A stretch of DNA of 63,970 bases, the filler included, from Phoronis australis (lineage: Eukaryota; Animalia; Phoronida): assembly GCA_002633005.1 (NCBI GenBank). It is 8 parts of 8 records of this genome, joined end to end, with 100 filler letters (N's around TTAATTAATTAA, not from the genome) between each part and the next. Parts side by side here need not be neighbours in the genome. Positions count along the whole stretch, not along the records: positions 8,610 to 21,821 come from NMRA01000345.1; positions 21,922 to 42,816 come from NMRA01000897.1; 6 more parts are not named here. One strand, 5' to 3'. The translations under genes were made by a program, and so were the position numbers. Below are positions 11,918 through 23,994 of this stretch, in pieces (the first letter of the stretch is position 1; every line of letters starts with the position of its first letter). The notes below the pieces were generated by a model, which saw only the letters and a list, made by a program, of their open reading frames with translations, did not search any database and was not told the DNA's origin.

Positions 11918-14900
11918 CTACAATGGTGTACAAAACGTCCAAGTGTTTCTAACTAAGAACAAAATCCTTGTAACGCTCAGAAAGTCTAACCTCTCGCCTA
12001 GGACGGGGTGAGGGTTCAGCAAGAGGTGTGACTTCGTTGTCGCGATTATCAGGTGCTCTAGCGGTGTCCCACGTCCCCTCTGTGGGGTCCTGTAACGGAA
12101 CATCTGCTGAAGGTTTAGCAACAGGTACAGCTTTGTTGTCGCGTTTGCTAGAATTGATGTTCTAGTCGTCTCCCTCGGCTCCTCTAGGGGATCTTGCAAC
12201 GGGACCTCTGACACTGGCTTTATGGGCACCCTATTTCTTTGGTATTCTCCTCCAGTTTGACTGTCTATGACCGTGTATGACCTTTCCCCATCCACAGATG
12301 TCACAACCCCGCGTGACCACTTATTCGGCCGATCTGAGGGGTTCTTCAGGAATGACACGGGTTAGCTTTCCTCTAACGGACAGGGATTGCTTCTCGACTT
12401 GTTCGTCGCTTCAGCGTGTTCAGAAAGAGCTGTATCCAACATGTATAAGGGAATGCATGGCAAGTCTGTTTTGACTTTCCTGTAGAACATCAGCTCAAAC
12501 GGGGAAGGAATGTTCTGGCTGATCGGGGTACCTCGTATTATCAAAAGAATATCGTCTATTGCCAAGTCATCATTCTTTGAGTTCTCCATGAGTAATTTTA
12601 TCTTTCCCAACGTTCTCTCGCATCTACTATTCTGCCACTGGGAGTGGGGTGTAGCAGGCGTTTGGGTTATGTTATACTGCATACACATTTCCTGGAACAT
12701 TTCATTCATATACTGCGTGCCGTGGTCACTAACAATCTGTGTTGGATACCCGAACTCGTTGCATGTCTCTTTTACGTGCTCCACGATGCTGGCTGCATCT
12801 TGAGTTTTCATGTGCCTTATCCAAGGAAAACCTATGTGATAGTCGACAATGCACAAATAGGTGTTCTGCTTGTGATGGAAACATCCTGTCCTACAATCTG
12901 AATGGGCATAGTAGTCATAACACTGGGATCACTGTATTGGCTTTTTGCTTTGGTTGATTTTCTAGACATTCTGGGCAAGTAAGAATCATTTGCTTGACCT
13001 GTTCCTTCATACCAGGCCAGAAGAACTTTTCTCGGGCTCTCTCAAGGGTTTTCTGCACTCCTTGTGCTCGATGAAGTCTCTTCAAGAGTATCCTCTCATT
13101 ATTTGGAGAATAACTATCCTGCATCCACGGATTAAAACCCCATTCAGCCATGCTAAATCATGTCTGTAATTCCAATAAGCCATGGTTTGGTCTGGCATTT
13201 GGTTCTCATGCTCAGGCCACCCTTTTTTAATAAATGGCAACAATTTGCCATCAAAACTGGATCTTCGGAAGTTTCAGCTCGTATATTTTGAATGTCTGAT
13301 CCAGTCGTAGTGTTCACCTCAAGAATTCCAATGGTGGTGATATCTGGTAAAACTGGCACTTGCTTGGGTCTAAGTGGAACACACCTTGACAAACAATCTG
13401 GGACATGCATCTCACTTCCTTTCTTACAAACAACTTCTATCTCATAGCCTTGCAACATTCGGACCATATGTTGCAGCCGTGGGGGTATGCTGTGAATGTC
13501 TTTCTTGAAGATAGCTAATTGTAATGGCTGGTGGTCTGTGTGGACTGTAAATTTTTGTCTGTAGACATACTGCTTGTAATGCAAGATCTGCCCACACGAC
13601 GCCCAGCAGCTCTCTCTCTATATTTGAATACTTGGTTTCTGCATCTACCAGGCTTCTTGATGTAAAATTAATTGGCCTGCCCTCTTGAGTCAAACAAGCT
13701 CCCAATCCCTTTAGTGAGGCATCGTATTCAATTGTTATCTCTTTAGCTGGATCAAAATACCGGAGGGTCTCCGCTTTAAGGACACATTCTTTCAAGGTAT
13801 TCAGCATCTCTGTGTGTTGATCAGTCCAAGTGAAATCGTTGTCTTTTTTCAACAGTCGTCTTAGCTCATAAGTCTTAGCAGACAAGTTAGGGATAAATTT
13901 GCCAAGGTATGTAAAGCAGCCCAGTAAAGACTATAATTCAAGCTTGTTGTCAGGAGGTGCTATCCTCCATATAGCATCCAACTTTTTAGGATCTGGCTTA
14001 ATGCCTTCTGGTGTAAGTACGTGGCCAAAGTAACGAATCTCTGACGGAAGTATCTTTGCTTTCTTCGGATTCAGCCGGAATCCTGACTCTCTGCAGCGCT
14101 GAATGACGTGATTCAGGGCAATATCATGATCACGTCTTGTCTGTGCTGCAATCAAGATATCCAAATGTGTCGTCAATGGCACGTTGGAAGACATCTTGTG
14201 AGCTATAAAGCCCAGATGGCAATCGCTGACAGCTGTATCTGCCAAAGGGACTGTTAATTGTAAGCAAGGGAACACTCTGTGGATGCATCTCAATATTCCA
14301 GTATCCACGGGACTGATCTAGTGCCGAGAAATACCTACACCCATTTACATGTAGCTGCGTTATTACTTCATCCAAGGTATGAGTGTAATGGTGGGGTCTT
14401 TTCACAGCCCTGTTTAACGGTTTAGGATCAAGACACACCCTTAGCTGGCCGTTTGGTTTTGGGGTACACACTAGGCTGTTTACCCAGGGCGTGGCTTCCT
14501 GCTGCTTCTTGTTAATTCCAAGCTCTTCCATACGGTTGAGTTCCATCAGAAGTTGTTTTTTGACAGCAGCTAGGTGGCACTCTTCTTGGAGGGCGTACCA
14601 CTGGTGGGACAGTATCATCTATCTGAATTTTATACTTATAGTCCTTCAGTTTCCCAACTCCTGTAAAAACATCCTTGGCGTCTTCAATAACCTGCTTTGT
14701 GGAGATAACTCTGATCGGTCCATCTCGTTTGACACAATTCTCTTTTCCTGACTTGACTTCACTGATGTCGAAGTCACCGTTACAATCTTTGCAAGTACCG
14801 CGCTCATTGCAAAGCATTTTCACAATGTTAATTGCTTTGCAGAACCTCAACGATAATAGATTGTTTCCCAAAATCTGAAACAAAAAAGGGTACCGTATGT

Positions 14901-15241
14901 CCAGCGACGTTTTTGTGGAAAAAACATCCAATCCAAAACTTGCCATGATTGGTGAAACTTTTACCACCATAACCAGTCAGTTTGACTGCGGATTTCCGGA
15001 GTTTCTTGACTGCATCGGCCCCGTACAGCTTCTTATATGTGGCAATATTCAGGAGATTAACTTGGGCCCCAGTATCAATTTTGCCCTTCAGTCTATTTTT
15101 TCTCCCTGATGTCTCGATCCTAACAACAGCAAATTGGGTATCTGGCCCAAGGTCATCATCAAAATGGATTTCACCTGCCTGGGTCCCCACTGTCTCAAAT
15201 GACGCGCTGTCATACTCGTCGCAAAAAAATTTTTCCTCCAA
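11918..15241 (-). pseudogene. Gypsy-A pol (protease, RT, RNase H, integrase), many frameshifts and stops
   Basis: PR KIDTGAQVNLL; RT PWVNSLV..PKPNGQLRVCLDPKPLN and FSALDQSRGYW; RH YDASLKGLGACL and YSNIERELLGV; IN LHRAQGV..FFWPGMK..CPEC, VSDHGTQY and PHSQWQNSRCER. The YxDD segment of RT appears deleted near 14150. Confidence 0.9.
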
Positions 15242-15299
15242 AAGATTGATAACTAGCTCCAGCTTTGTACAGTTGTTTCACATGGTTTCTTCTCTTTTT

Positions 15300-16096
15300 G
15301 GTTTCCCGCTTCTCAGGTTTATTGTTGAGCTGACAGCACCGCTCAAAATGGTTCATCTGTTTTCAGCGGTTGCATTTCTTCCCAAACGCTGGACATCGCT
15401 TTGGTGGGTGCATATATCCACATTTCGTGCTATTAATCTGTCGTGTGCGAGTTTGTCGAAGTTCATCAGTATTATATGCGGTATCAGAACACTGCGTGAT
15501 CTCCTGCCTCACTTTACCAACTTCTCGCATGTGCCGTTGTGCTGCCTCCGTCGCCCTTGCCGTGTCCAATACTTGAGTACTTGTCGCGGTCTTTGGGAGG
15601 GCATAAACTTTTTCCAAAATCTTAACATCTTTGAATCCATATTTAAGGGCCTCAGTCTCCATGATGCTTGAAATGTCATTTGAATATTCACATTGCTGTA
15701 ACAACTTCCTTATCCGATCATAAAATTGATCAACAGTCTCATCGGTTTGCTGCTTGACAAACTTTAATTTCGTCCGTGATGCATTCCACGGTCCTTCTGT
15801 GCCTTCCTTCTTGGCACAAATGCCATCGAAAAACGTCCACAGGGGGTTTATCTTCTCGTTATCATTACCATCAAAGGGGTGGTTTGCATGTTTCACACAT
15901 GCTTCTGGACCCATCCACTATCGACTTGGTGTTTTTCTACAAGTCCATCGTAACAATTCAGAATTTTCTGTGTCAGTGTTTTTGAACCGAATGTATTCAT
16001 CATATAGTTTTTACTAGAACATTCAAGTTGTTTCGGCATTTCTTCACCGTGTAAACGAGTCTTTCCTGTTGCTTCTATTTCGTCTCTCAAGGTCAT
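15300..16096 (-). pseudogene. Gypsy-A gag, frameshifted
   Basis: KQQTDETVDQFYDRIRKLLQQCEY (gag MHR-like) and CGYMHPPKRCPAFGKKCN (double Zn-knuckle typical of Mag-like Gypsy). ATG at 16096. Confidence 0.8.
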
Positions 16097-16109
16097 TTTG
16101 TTTGTTTAA

Positions 16110-17072
16110 AGTGTACACAACATGACTCTAGTACCTCAAAATAAATTTTATTATTATATCTTACTTGATTTCAGTGCCTTTAGTGCACAGCTCATAAAGA
16201 AACACGCAAAAATTGAAAAAAATAATAATTATGTACAACGTCATGGGTTGAACCCAAGTCGTTCGCCATACTGTTCGGATCAGAGACCAAGTGTATAGAG
16301 TGAAGTGAAAGCAAAGTACATTTAGCGTCGAGAAGGTTCGTAGAGGGATCAAAAGATATGTTGCCGGAGGCTGCAGCAACAGCAGACAGGCGGAGAACGT
16401 CTCGGTGTTCCGAAGGACACCAAAGTTGCGCTGAAGTGACATCGCTTCGTGCGCCGAACGAGAGTGTGGGACCTCATCGTGGACCAAGCGATTCGGTCCG
16501 GGGCCACTCTGTGTTTTGCCCACTTTGAGGACTCGTGTTTCAACTCCAGTCACAGGAGATGTTACGATGAAGGCCTGGTTCAATAAAGGACAATATTTAT
16601 CATTCAGAAACATCGGCTCTTAATTCAGGATCGTCTGTTGGATGACTGGGTTGACTCGCCGAGCCCGAGGCCGGTTCTCTCGCGGGAGGATCCAGTTCGT
16701 AAGGCTCAAAGTAGAAAAGTACGCAGCCGGAAGGACATCAAACTTGTTCTCGCTTTCGTGCAACCCCATTTCCTCATCCTGGCCACCATTCCCGTACGTT
16801 TCTTCATAGTATTTATTTAATTCTTGCTCATAATCGTCGTCGCTTTCAAATTCACTGCTCTCCGCCATTGTTCAATGCTGGTCACTGATCTCTTGTGTTC
16901 AACCCATGACGTCACATGGCGGGAAATGTGAAAATTGGCAAAATTGAAAGAAAAATCAAAATTTCGAGCTAATTACACAAAATAAACATGGGTTTAGCTA
17001 AATTTTACGTCATACATTTAGTCTGTGGCCACCGGTAATTCAAAATGTGCAAAATTCCATGGTGTGTACTGT
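16110..17072. mobile_element. Kolobok-like internally deleted DNA transposon with convergent THAP (+) and KolX-like (-) 5' gene remnants
   Basis: TTAA on both sides (16106-16109, 17073-17076). Imperfect TIRs agtgtacacaacatga / acagtacacaccatgg. + strand ~16345-16545 gives KRYVAGGCSNS..FPKD..RFVRRTRVW..LCFAHFEDSCF (THAP). - strand from 16868 gives acidic MAESSEFESDDD..YFEP..DVSE(W). Confidence 0.75.
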
Positions 17073-17131
17073 TTAAGCTTACCATTAAATTTACAACTGT
17101 CTTTCAGTTTAAAACAACTTGCTGCTGATAC

Positions 17132-17149
17132 ATCACGTCGAGGTCACCA
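17132..17149 (-). promoter_or_regulatory. Primer binding site, tRNA-Trp
   Basis: TGGTGACCTCGACGTGAT directly abuts the 5' LTR. It is complementary to the tRNA-Trp 3' end (ATCACGTCGGGGTCACCA) with 1 mismatch. Confidence 0.85.
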
Positions 17150-18094
17150 TGTAGAATTAAGATGAAAGACATATTACCGTCAGAGGCCCTAAAGTCGTGA
17201 GTGCCCCAAAGTCGTGAACGATCTTATTTCCTCTTCTGCGCGGTCCTGCGACATCTGGCGTTGAAGTTTCCAGCGTTCGTCTGCTTACGAACGTCAAACG
17301 AATACCCGGACGTGTTCGTATTCACAATATGATAACAAACAGTGAGTGAGTGGCTTCTTTTTTCAAATGTATCTTCAAAACAGCATATTTCACTAATCCA
17401 ATTTTTTGAGCATTTTTGGGATATTTTTTCGAAAATATTCATTGTTCAGGTTTACTCAAACACGAGCTCCAGGGGTAGCTTGAACAATGTATCAAAATGT
17501 CCCAGGGTCGATACAGTTTTGTAAGGCCAAAGCAATAAAATACAGAGAGATAATTGATGCTGGATCCTTAGCGTTTTACGTGAACAAACTCATTGAAAAC
17601 GTCTGTGCACATCAAAGTTGAGTGCACAACATATAACAATTTATTTCAATTGCAACTGAATTAATAAACAATGTAATGCATTTTTATGTCATCTAGAGTA
17701 ACTGTACGCACTGTAGTGTACTTGCGAGGTCTTACTTCGTGTATTTCCGTCTAACCGAAACGGTCACGACTTTAGGGCCTCATTCAAAATGGCCGCCGAT
17801 TTCAGCGACCGTTTCAAAACTCTGCTTACGGAGACAAACAAGGATTATGATTGTCAAAACACGTATATTTGTGAAGGCTGATATATGTCCATGACATCAC
17901 ATGAGCAGTTGCTAACGGACATTGGGTAGTATGACAATTGGCACTTATTATGCTTATATTCACGACTTTAGGTCACCGGTGTATAATAAATATATTCCAC
18001 TAATATTCAACTACAAACATAACATTCCAAATCAGAGAGCGTTCTGCCAGAACGCGTCATCATGAACATGATGTTAAATATCGCGTATGCGACA
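17150..18094 (-). repeat. Gypsy-A 5' LTR (interrupted by a MITE at 17177-~17983)
   Basis: Matches the 10920-11878 LTR outside the insertions. Confidence 0.9.
17177..17983. mobile_element. ~805-bp pogo/Tc1-type MITE at a TA site
   Basis: Left end CCGTCAGAGGCCCTAAAGTCGTGA, right end tcacgactttaggtcaccgg. Subterminal copies of the aaagtcgtga motif. The empty site is seen in the 3' LTR. Confidence 0.75.
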
Positions 18095-18313
18095 ACGCCC
18101 AAATCATTTTTAGTGCAAACCAGTTCAAATTATTTCACTAAGTGACTTTCACCCAAGTCATGTTGTTGATTGCCTGGACAGAAGTGAGATAGTGAACAAC
18201 GTGGATTTGTGATACAATTCGATTTATAAGAGACACCAACAATATTGCAAACTATGATTTTATGCACCATTGACGAGCTGGTGAAAGTTCATCTATCATC
18301 CATCGATAGTTCA

Positions 18314-19599
18314 TTTTTATGCGCCCACGTATTTACATATGGACGCATTAATTATGCCGTCATCTGCGTCCGTCCATCTGTCCGTCCGTCCGGGCGGCAT
18401 CCGTCCGGTGTCCGGCGTCCGCTGCTCTATCTCCAAAACCGATTGAGGTATTTTTATGAAATTTTGCACATGTGTTCCTGTCATAAATGGGACGGCATGA
18501 GCGAACTTTCGAACGGATCCAACAACCGGTGTGCCCCGTAGTGGCAATTTTAGTTTTTTATGCTTACCTTTGTATCCTCAAAAGTCCTTAACGGATTTTC
18601 ATGAAAATTGGTATGTCGGCACCTATTAGTCAAATGACACTATCCTCCCGTTTTCGGATGGATTCGACGTAGTTTGCACCACATAGTGGCCATTTTTACT
18701 GTTTTCGAGACTTTTTTTTGCGTCTATCCCTCTATCAACCAAACCGCTCAAAGGATGATTGTGAAAATTGGCATGTATGTGCTTACTATAAAGAGGACGG
18801 TTGACGATGATTTTGCGACGATTTCGACTACTGTGGCAGTTTTTTGAGCCTGTGGCTGTATCTCCTAAACCGTTCGCAGGATCTTTACTTAATTTAGCAA
18901 GTGTATTTATATAATGTAGACTACGGATGACGACGACTTTCGGAAGTCTGACTACTGCTGTGCCCCCAAGTGGCAATTTTAGTTTTTTACGTTTTACTCT
19001 GTATCTTCAAAGGTTTCAACAGATTTTCATAAAATTTTAAATATAGGCATCTATTGGTGTGATGACGCTATCTTCCTGTTTTTGGATAGAGTCGAGGTAT
19101 TTTGTGCCATCTAGTGGCAATTTGCAGTTTTCAAATCTTGTTTTTGGCGTCCACCCCTGTATCAACCAAATCATTTGAAAATTGGCAAAAATGTTCTCAA
19201 TGTGAAGACGAACTTTGATGATGGTGACTGACTACTGTGGCACCTCCTAGTGGTAGTTTTGTTTTCCGCCCATAGTTGTATATCCTAATCTCACTGCAGG
19301 ATCTTTACTAAATTTAGTAAGTGTATTTATATGAAGATAACAACAGGCGACGACGACTTTCAGGGGGATCCAACGGACACTGTGCCCACTAGTGGCAATT
19401 TCATTTTATTCTGTTCTCCTTTGTTTTTCTGAAGTTCCTTGATAGATTTTGATGAAATATGGCATGTTCCTGTTATTTGATGGATTGTATGTTTTTGCGC
19501 CATCTAGTTGCCATTTTTATGATACAAATAAATAACCCTAAAAGCACACCATTTGCAATGTATTCGTGGGCGCATTTCAACGCTCCGCGTTGCTCTTGT
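18314..19599 (+). mobile_element. Helentron-associated non-autonomous element (HINE/DINE-1-like) with internal tandem repeats
   Basis: 5' TTTTTATGCGCCCACG, then a (CCGT)n microsatellite and internal repeats containing gtgccccTAGTGGCAATTTT. 3' inverted copy CGTGGGCGCA, hairpin CAACGCtccGCGTTG and CTCTTGT end. Confidence 0.8.
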
Positions 19600-20332
19600 A
19601 CTTGGAAGTAAATAAAAATAATGTGGACAACTATCCATAGTTTTTAAATGTCAGCGTTGGGGACAAGGTTGAAAAGGCTTGTCAAAAGAATCCAATTCTG
19701 TTAGATTCTCTATTTTTTCTGGTGTCTGCTTCTGTATTATGCAAACCACTAAAAGGATCGTTTACAAAATCAGCATATTGGTTGCTGCTGAAAAGACTAC
19801 GGCTGCCACAAATTTTCCAAAGAATTCAGTGAACTACTTGCAGGCCCGTAGTTCTGCAGCTGTGCATCCATAACCCCTTTCAAGATCTTCACTAAACTTG
19901 ACAAATCTTTCCCTATAAAGGTGTTGACCAACTACGAATAATTGCAGACAGGTGCGAGAACAAATGTGTCCCCTGGTGCTCTTTAAATTTTTACATTTAC
20001 ATTAACATAGTCAGATTTCCTTGACAGATTCAATAAAAATAATGCAGATAACTTTCTATTGAGGACATGGCAAATGATGCCCTGAGTGATCATTTTTGGG
20101 GTATATTCAATAAATTACCAACATATTAAGAACATGCTTTAGCCAAGGGCTAATATACAGCATGGACCGCCTCTACAGGTTCTCATTCACTCTCCCTTGC
20201 ACACATTCACAAGTAAGACCGAACTCAGGCTCTAACCACTGAGCCACACTGTCTCAAAAGAATGTGATCTTTTACATAATGGTAAAGACGGACAGGAACA
20301 TCATTCAGCACCAAAACAGTAGGAAACGCCAC

Positions 20333-20600
20333 CTGAAGGTGCATCGCAAGATAACCTTTTCTGCAAATGAATGCGTCTGTGGTCTCGATCCTTATTGCCT
20401 CGGACTCCGTTGATCTTGGATATAAGTGCCATCTATGGCATCTATGACACCTGGAATGCCAGCATTACGCTGGTACCACCTAGCTAAGCTTTGACCAGTC
20501 TCTAGCTCCAGGCCACTTGATAACATCATCTACAATTACATTTTCTATTAGAAAATATGTTGACAAAACAACATTCATGACTGACAATCTTCAGTGAAAT
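20333..20600 (-). pseudogene. PIF/Harbinger transposase, upstream exon (first catalytic D), frameshifted
   Basis: Manual - strand translation gives VDDVIKWPG, NAGIPGVIDAIDGTYI and DAFICRKGYLAMHLQ|gt (donor at 20332-20331). This joins in frame to VVC at 10899, restoring the HxxxLQVVC motif. Confidence 0.75.
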
Positions 20601-21602
20601 TTTCTTGTTGACAATCAAGAATATTTATTGATGTAACAGTGATACTAATAATTACATAGTAAGCATTGCCAAAAACTGAATTAAATATGACTTGCGTTAA
20701 ATAAAGCAGCAAGTAATGAATATGACGGATTAAATTTCTTCAGGGCAGAAAATCTAACAACCTCAAAACCTACTGAACGGTTCGGTTTTGTTATTGTATT
20801 GTACTTGTGCATTAAAGTTACATGCAACAGTGTCATCCAGTGATATTAATCCATTTTAATGTCCACAAGGTTACACACTTGACTTCACTAAAGACCCCAC
20901 TGGTCATGAAATTTTAGCTGCCAGAGTTGTGTCGGATATTGCTCACACACAGCAATACCTGTAGGGCTCACTGAATCTTCTATCAGCATAGTTATTAATT
21001 TACTCAGACCATCATGTCAAAGTAAACACATTTACAATTCGTGCATGCATTTAACATAAAAGTTTGAGTGTCAACTGCAACAAGACTGCAAAGGAAATGA
21101 ATTTAAATCATGCATAACCAATGAACTGTACCTAAGGTTATTTTGAAACGCGGTCAAAGTGTGATATTCATTCATGACATTAAAAACGTGCATTTTCTTA
21201 AATGATGGTAACTCATCACGAGGTGGTGATATTGCTATGTCTTCACTACTGATTAGTGTTCACAGGTTTATCATGAAAATACATCTGGGCCCAGTTGCAT
21301 AAAAGTTATACGCCGTATAGCAACAATGACGTCGCATTATCACGCGTCACGTTGTTATTGTTGAACAATGCACATGACGTCATGCAACAATCAAACTTAT
21401 CCAGCGGATATCTTTTGAAGCTTTATGCAACTCAGCCCAGATACACAAATAAAATGTGTTCACAACTCATAATTCCAAACAACTTAAGTTGGTAGTGACA
21501 TAAAATTGTTACCGTAGTGTAGCCTCAGTAGAAATAGCGTCACGTGCGCATTTAAAAGGCATTGTAAAGGAAAGTTAAATATAACCCCTGCCGTATATTT
21601 CC

Positions 21603-21821
21603 AGGGCCCGGTCTCCAATCTCCGTACTCAGACTCATACTCATACTCGAGATTTCATACTCAAAATCGTGCTCACTGGAGTCGTACTCAAAAAAGCGTAT
21701 CTAATGTCGGATTTCGAGTAGACTCCAAACGTACTCAAATCTGACACTCATACTCGAGTTGCTATGGAACTCTTTATGATGTGAAATGCAAAATCACGCA
21801 AAGCCGCGCTGATTCATCGCT
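21603..21821. mobile_element. Probable MITE end with (ATACTC/GTACTC) subterminal repeats, cut by a gap
   Basis: Starts GGGCCCGGTCTCCAAT, followed by many tactca motifs. Confidence 0.45.
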
Positions 21822-22199
21822 NNNNNNNNNNNNNNNNNNNNNNNNNNNNNNNNNNNNNNNNNNNNTTAATTAATTAANNNNNNNNNNNNNNNNNNNNNNN
21901 NNNNNNNNNNNNNNNNNNNNNACACACGGGGCTTCAGCATCCACACACTTTTTGTCAGTTAGTTGACCCTGTTGACCGCAATTGTCCACGAATATAGTAA
22001 CCTTAGGTCTTTTGGGAATTTGTGGCCACCTGTCGAAGACTTGCACCAGGGAAATTAGCAGTAATAAGGCTTAGCGCGACGACGTATTTTGATAAAAATT
22101 CCATCTTTTACCAGTTGTTTACATGCAGACAGCCACGCATGCGCAATTCAATCACCACTAGTACAGCAGCGACACCGCGAGGAGAATTCTCCGAATAGC

Positions 22200-23785
22200 C
22201 CCATTGCTATCTCATGGCTATGTCCACGTAAATCACCAGGGACGTCAACGTCGAGGCTGTCGCCTGGCCATACCACAGTGGCTGTAGGAGGTGAACGCAG
22301 AACGTGCGTTCTACGGACAAGTGTCTGTCTTGACAAAGACTTACAGTGATCATAGCGATATGCATCAACTTCTCCTACACCAACCTGTTTCTTAGCTGGG
22401 TGAACGTAGATGTTGTTTCTCACCATAAATGGGGTAGCAGCAAGGACGTCTACATCAAGTGTCTTAATGACCAGGCCCTCGAAAACCAATTTGTGGCTGT
22501 CAAGCTTGAAAGTGATATTGCTTTCGCCGACAACATCGAGTGGGGAGACACCATCAGTTTGGAAAGCATGCTGTGTGTTGGGGACGATAGGTACTGTACC
22601 GAGTGATCACGCACAAGATTCGCGAATCATATTTCCTGTAGCACCACAATCGAGAGTGAGTCGTACTGGTTGATCGTGGCGCACAACGTCGATGAAAGGT
22701 GACTGGATAATGTGCACTCGGTTGGGCTCCTCGGGTTCACAAATCTCGTTGGGACACTCTGAGAGATGGGGATCATCAACCTCGGAGAAGCGAGCCTTCT
22801 AGCGTTTGTCTTCTGCGGGTAAGTAGGGACACTGAGACAAGTAGTGATCAAACTGGGAGCGATGAGTCACGTTTACACAGTGGGCAGGACTTTGCTGGGC
22901 TTCGGCGAGTGACCAAGGACGCCTTGCGAGGAAATGCCCGTAACGCCTTGGCATCTTCGAGTGTTTGTAACTCGTCAAGCAATGGCTGGAGTGCCTGCGA
23001 AATTTCTGGTTTGATCGATGCAAGTGACTTACTTCGGAGTTTGGGACCATATCGCGGTTGGACGAGATGAGGTAAACCTGGGTGAATCAAGCGTAACCAA
23101 GTGAGAACTGCCAAACTCTCTAAGGTCGGAGACATCGCTTCATCGTCTGTGATAAGCACGCCATGATGTAAAATGGTGTTGTCCGAGCCGAGCAAATCGT
23201 CTTCGATAAATGACATGAGTCGCTGATATAGGTCTTCCGGGCGTTCGTCGGGATGGAGGCGGATATCAGAAAAAACAATGAAATGTCCTCCAGATGTCTG
23301 AAAGCTGTAATGACTTCTGATAGTTTGCCATTTTTCGGTTAGTGAGGTGGACTGTTTGACAATAGCACTACGGGCAATCACAGGACAATAGTTGGCCAAT
23401 TGGCCTAGCATGAGGTTTAAGTGGGTTAGTTTCTGACCGGCTGTGCGTCCCCGGGATTCAGGTACAGCGTCTGTATCGTCAACTAAACCTCTCAAGGGGA
23501 CTTTTTGCCACGTATAATCGGCTTGCAGAAAGTCCGCAAATTTCGGATCGAGTAATAACACGTAAGTTATATTGTTCTTCCAGTTATCAAACCTGGTGAT
23601 AGTTTCACGTTCAGTCAAGCACCACTGCTTCGGTGCTCTGGGTATGGTTCGATTGCTACTGCCACCACGCCAGTAATAATAAAAGACGACTTGGCTTACA
23701 TGTACGTCTGTATTTTTATAGAACAGCGACCGAAACCCAGTAACCAAATAATACGTACGAATAGTACACAAATAATGGCGCAACA
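22200..23785 (-). mobile_element. Truncated Ty3/Gypsy element (Gypsy-B): 5' LTR, PBS, gag, protease
   Basis: gag RAPKQWCLTERETITRFDNWKNNITYVLLLDPKF...DERPEDLYQRL...CPLCK..HYLSQCPYL. Protease LTLDCGATGNMI (~22665-22625) and LDVDVLAATPFM. Putative 118-bp LTR 23785-23668 starting TGTTG, followed by TGGTGGCAG (tRNA-Leu-like PBS start). No RT is visible. Confidence 0.8.
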
Positions 23786-23994
23786 AAGAAACTATTGAAA
23801 TGCTTCAATGAAACTTTGATCAAAGTGGCGGATCTAGGATATCACAAGGGGGGACCAACATTTTGTCTGTAAACACTTGATCCAAGCACGATTGTAGATG
23901 TGCCGAATGGGGGGAGGTCGGGAGGGGGGTTTGCCGCCCAGGAAATTTTTCTGTTTTTTCCTCTAAAATCAAGAATTTTCCTTGATTCCCGAAG

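Larger units (their letters stand above)
10920..18094 (-). mobile_element. Full-length decayed Ty3/Gypsy LTR retrotransposon (Gypsy-A)
   Basis: TG...CA LTRs at 10920-11878 and 17150-18094, each ~136 bp once its insertion is removed, with 5 mismatches between them. tRNA-Trp PBS, PPT, gag-PR-RT-RH-IN order. Near-perfect 5-bp TSD ACGCA (10915-10919) / ACGCC (18095-18099). Confidence 0.92.

Noticed and set aside
14982-15671. 229-aa + strand ORF and other antisense ORFs over gag/pol
   Set aside because: These are shadow frames of retroelement coding sequence with no motifs.
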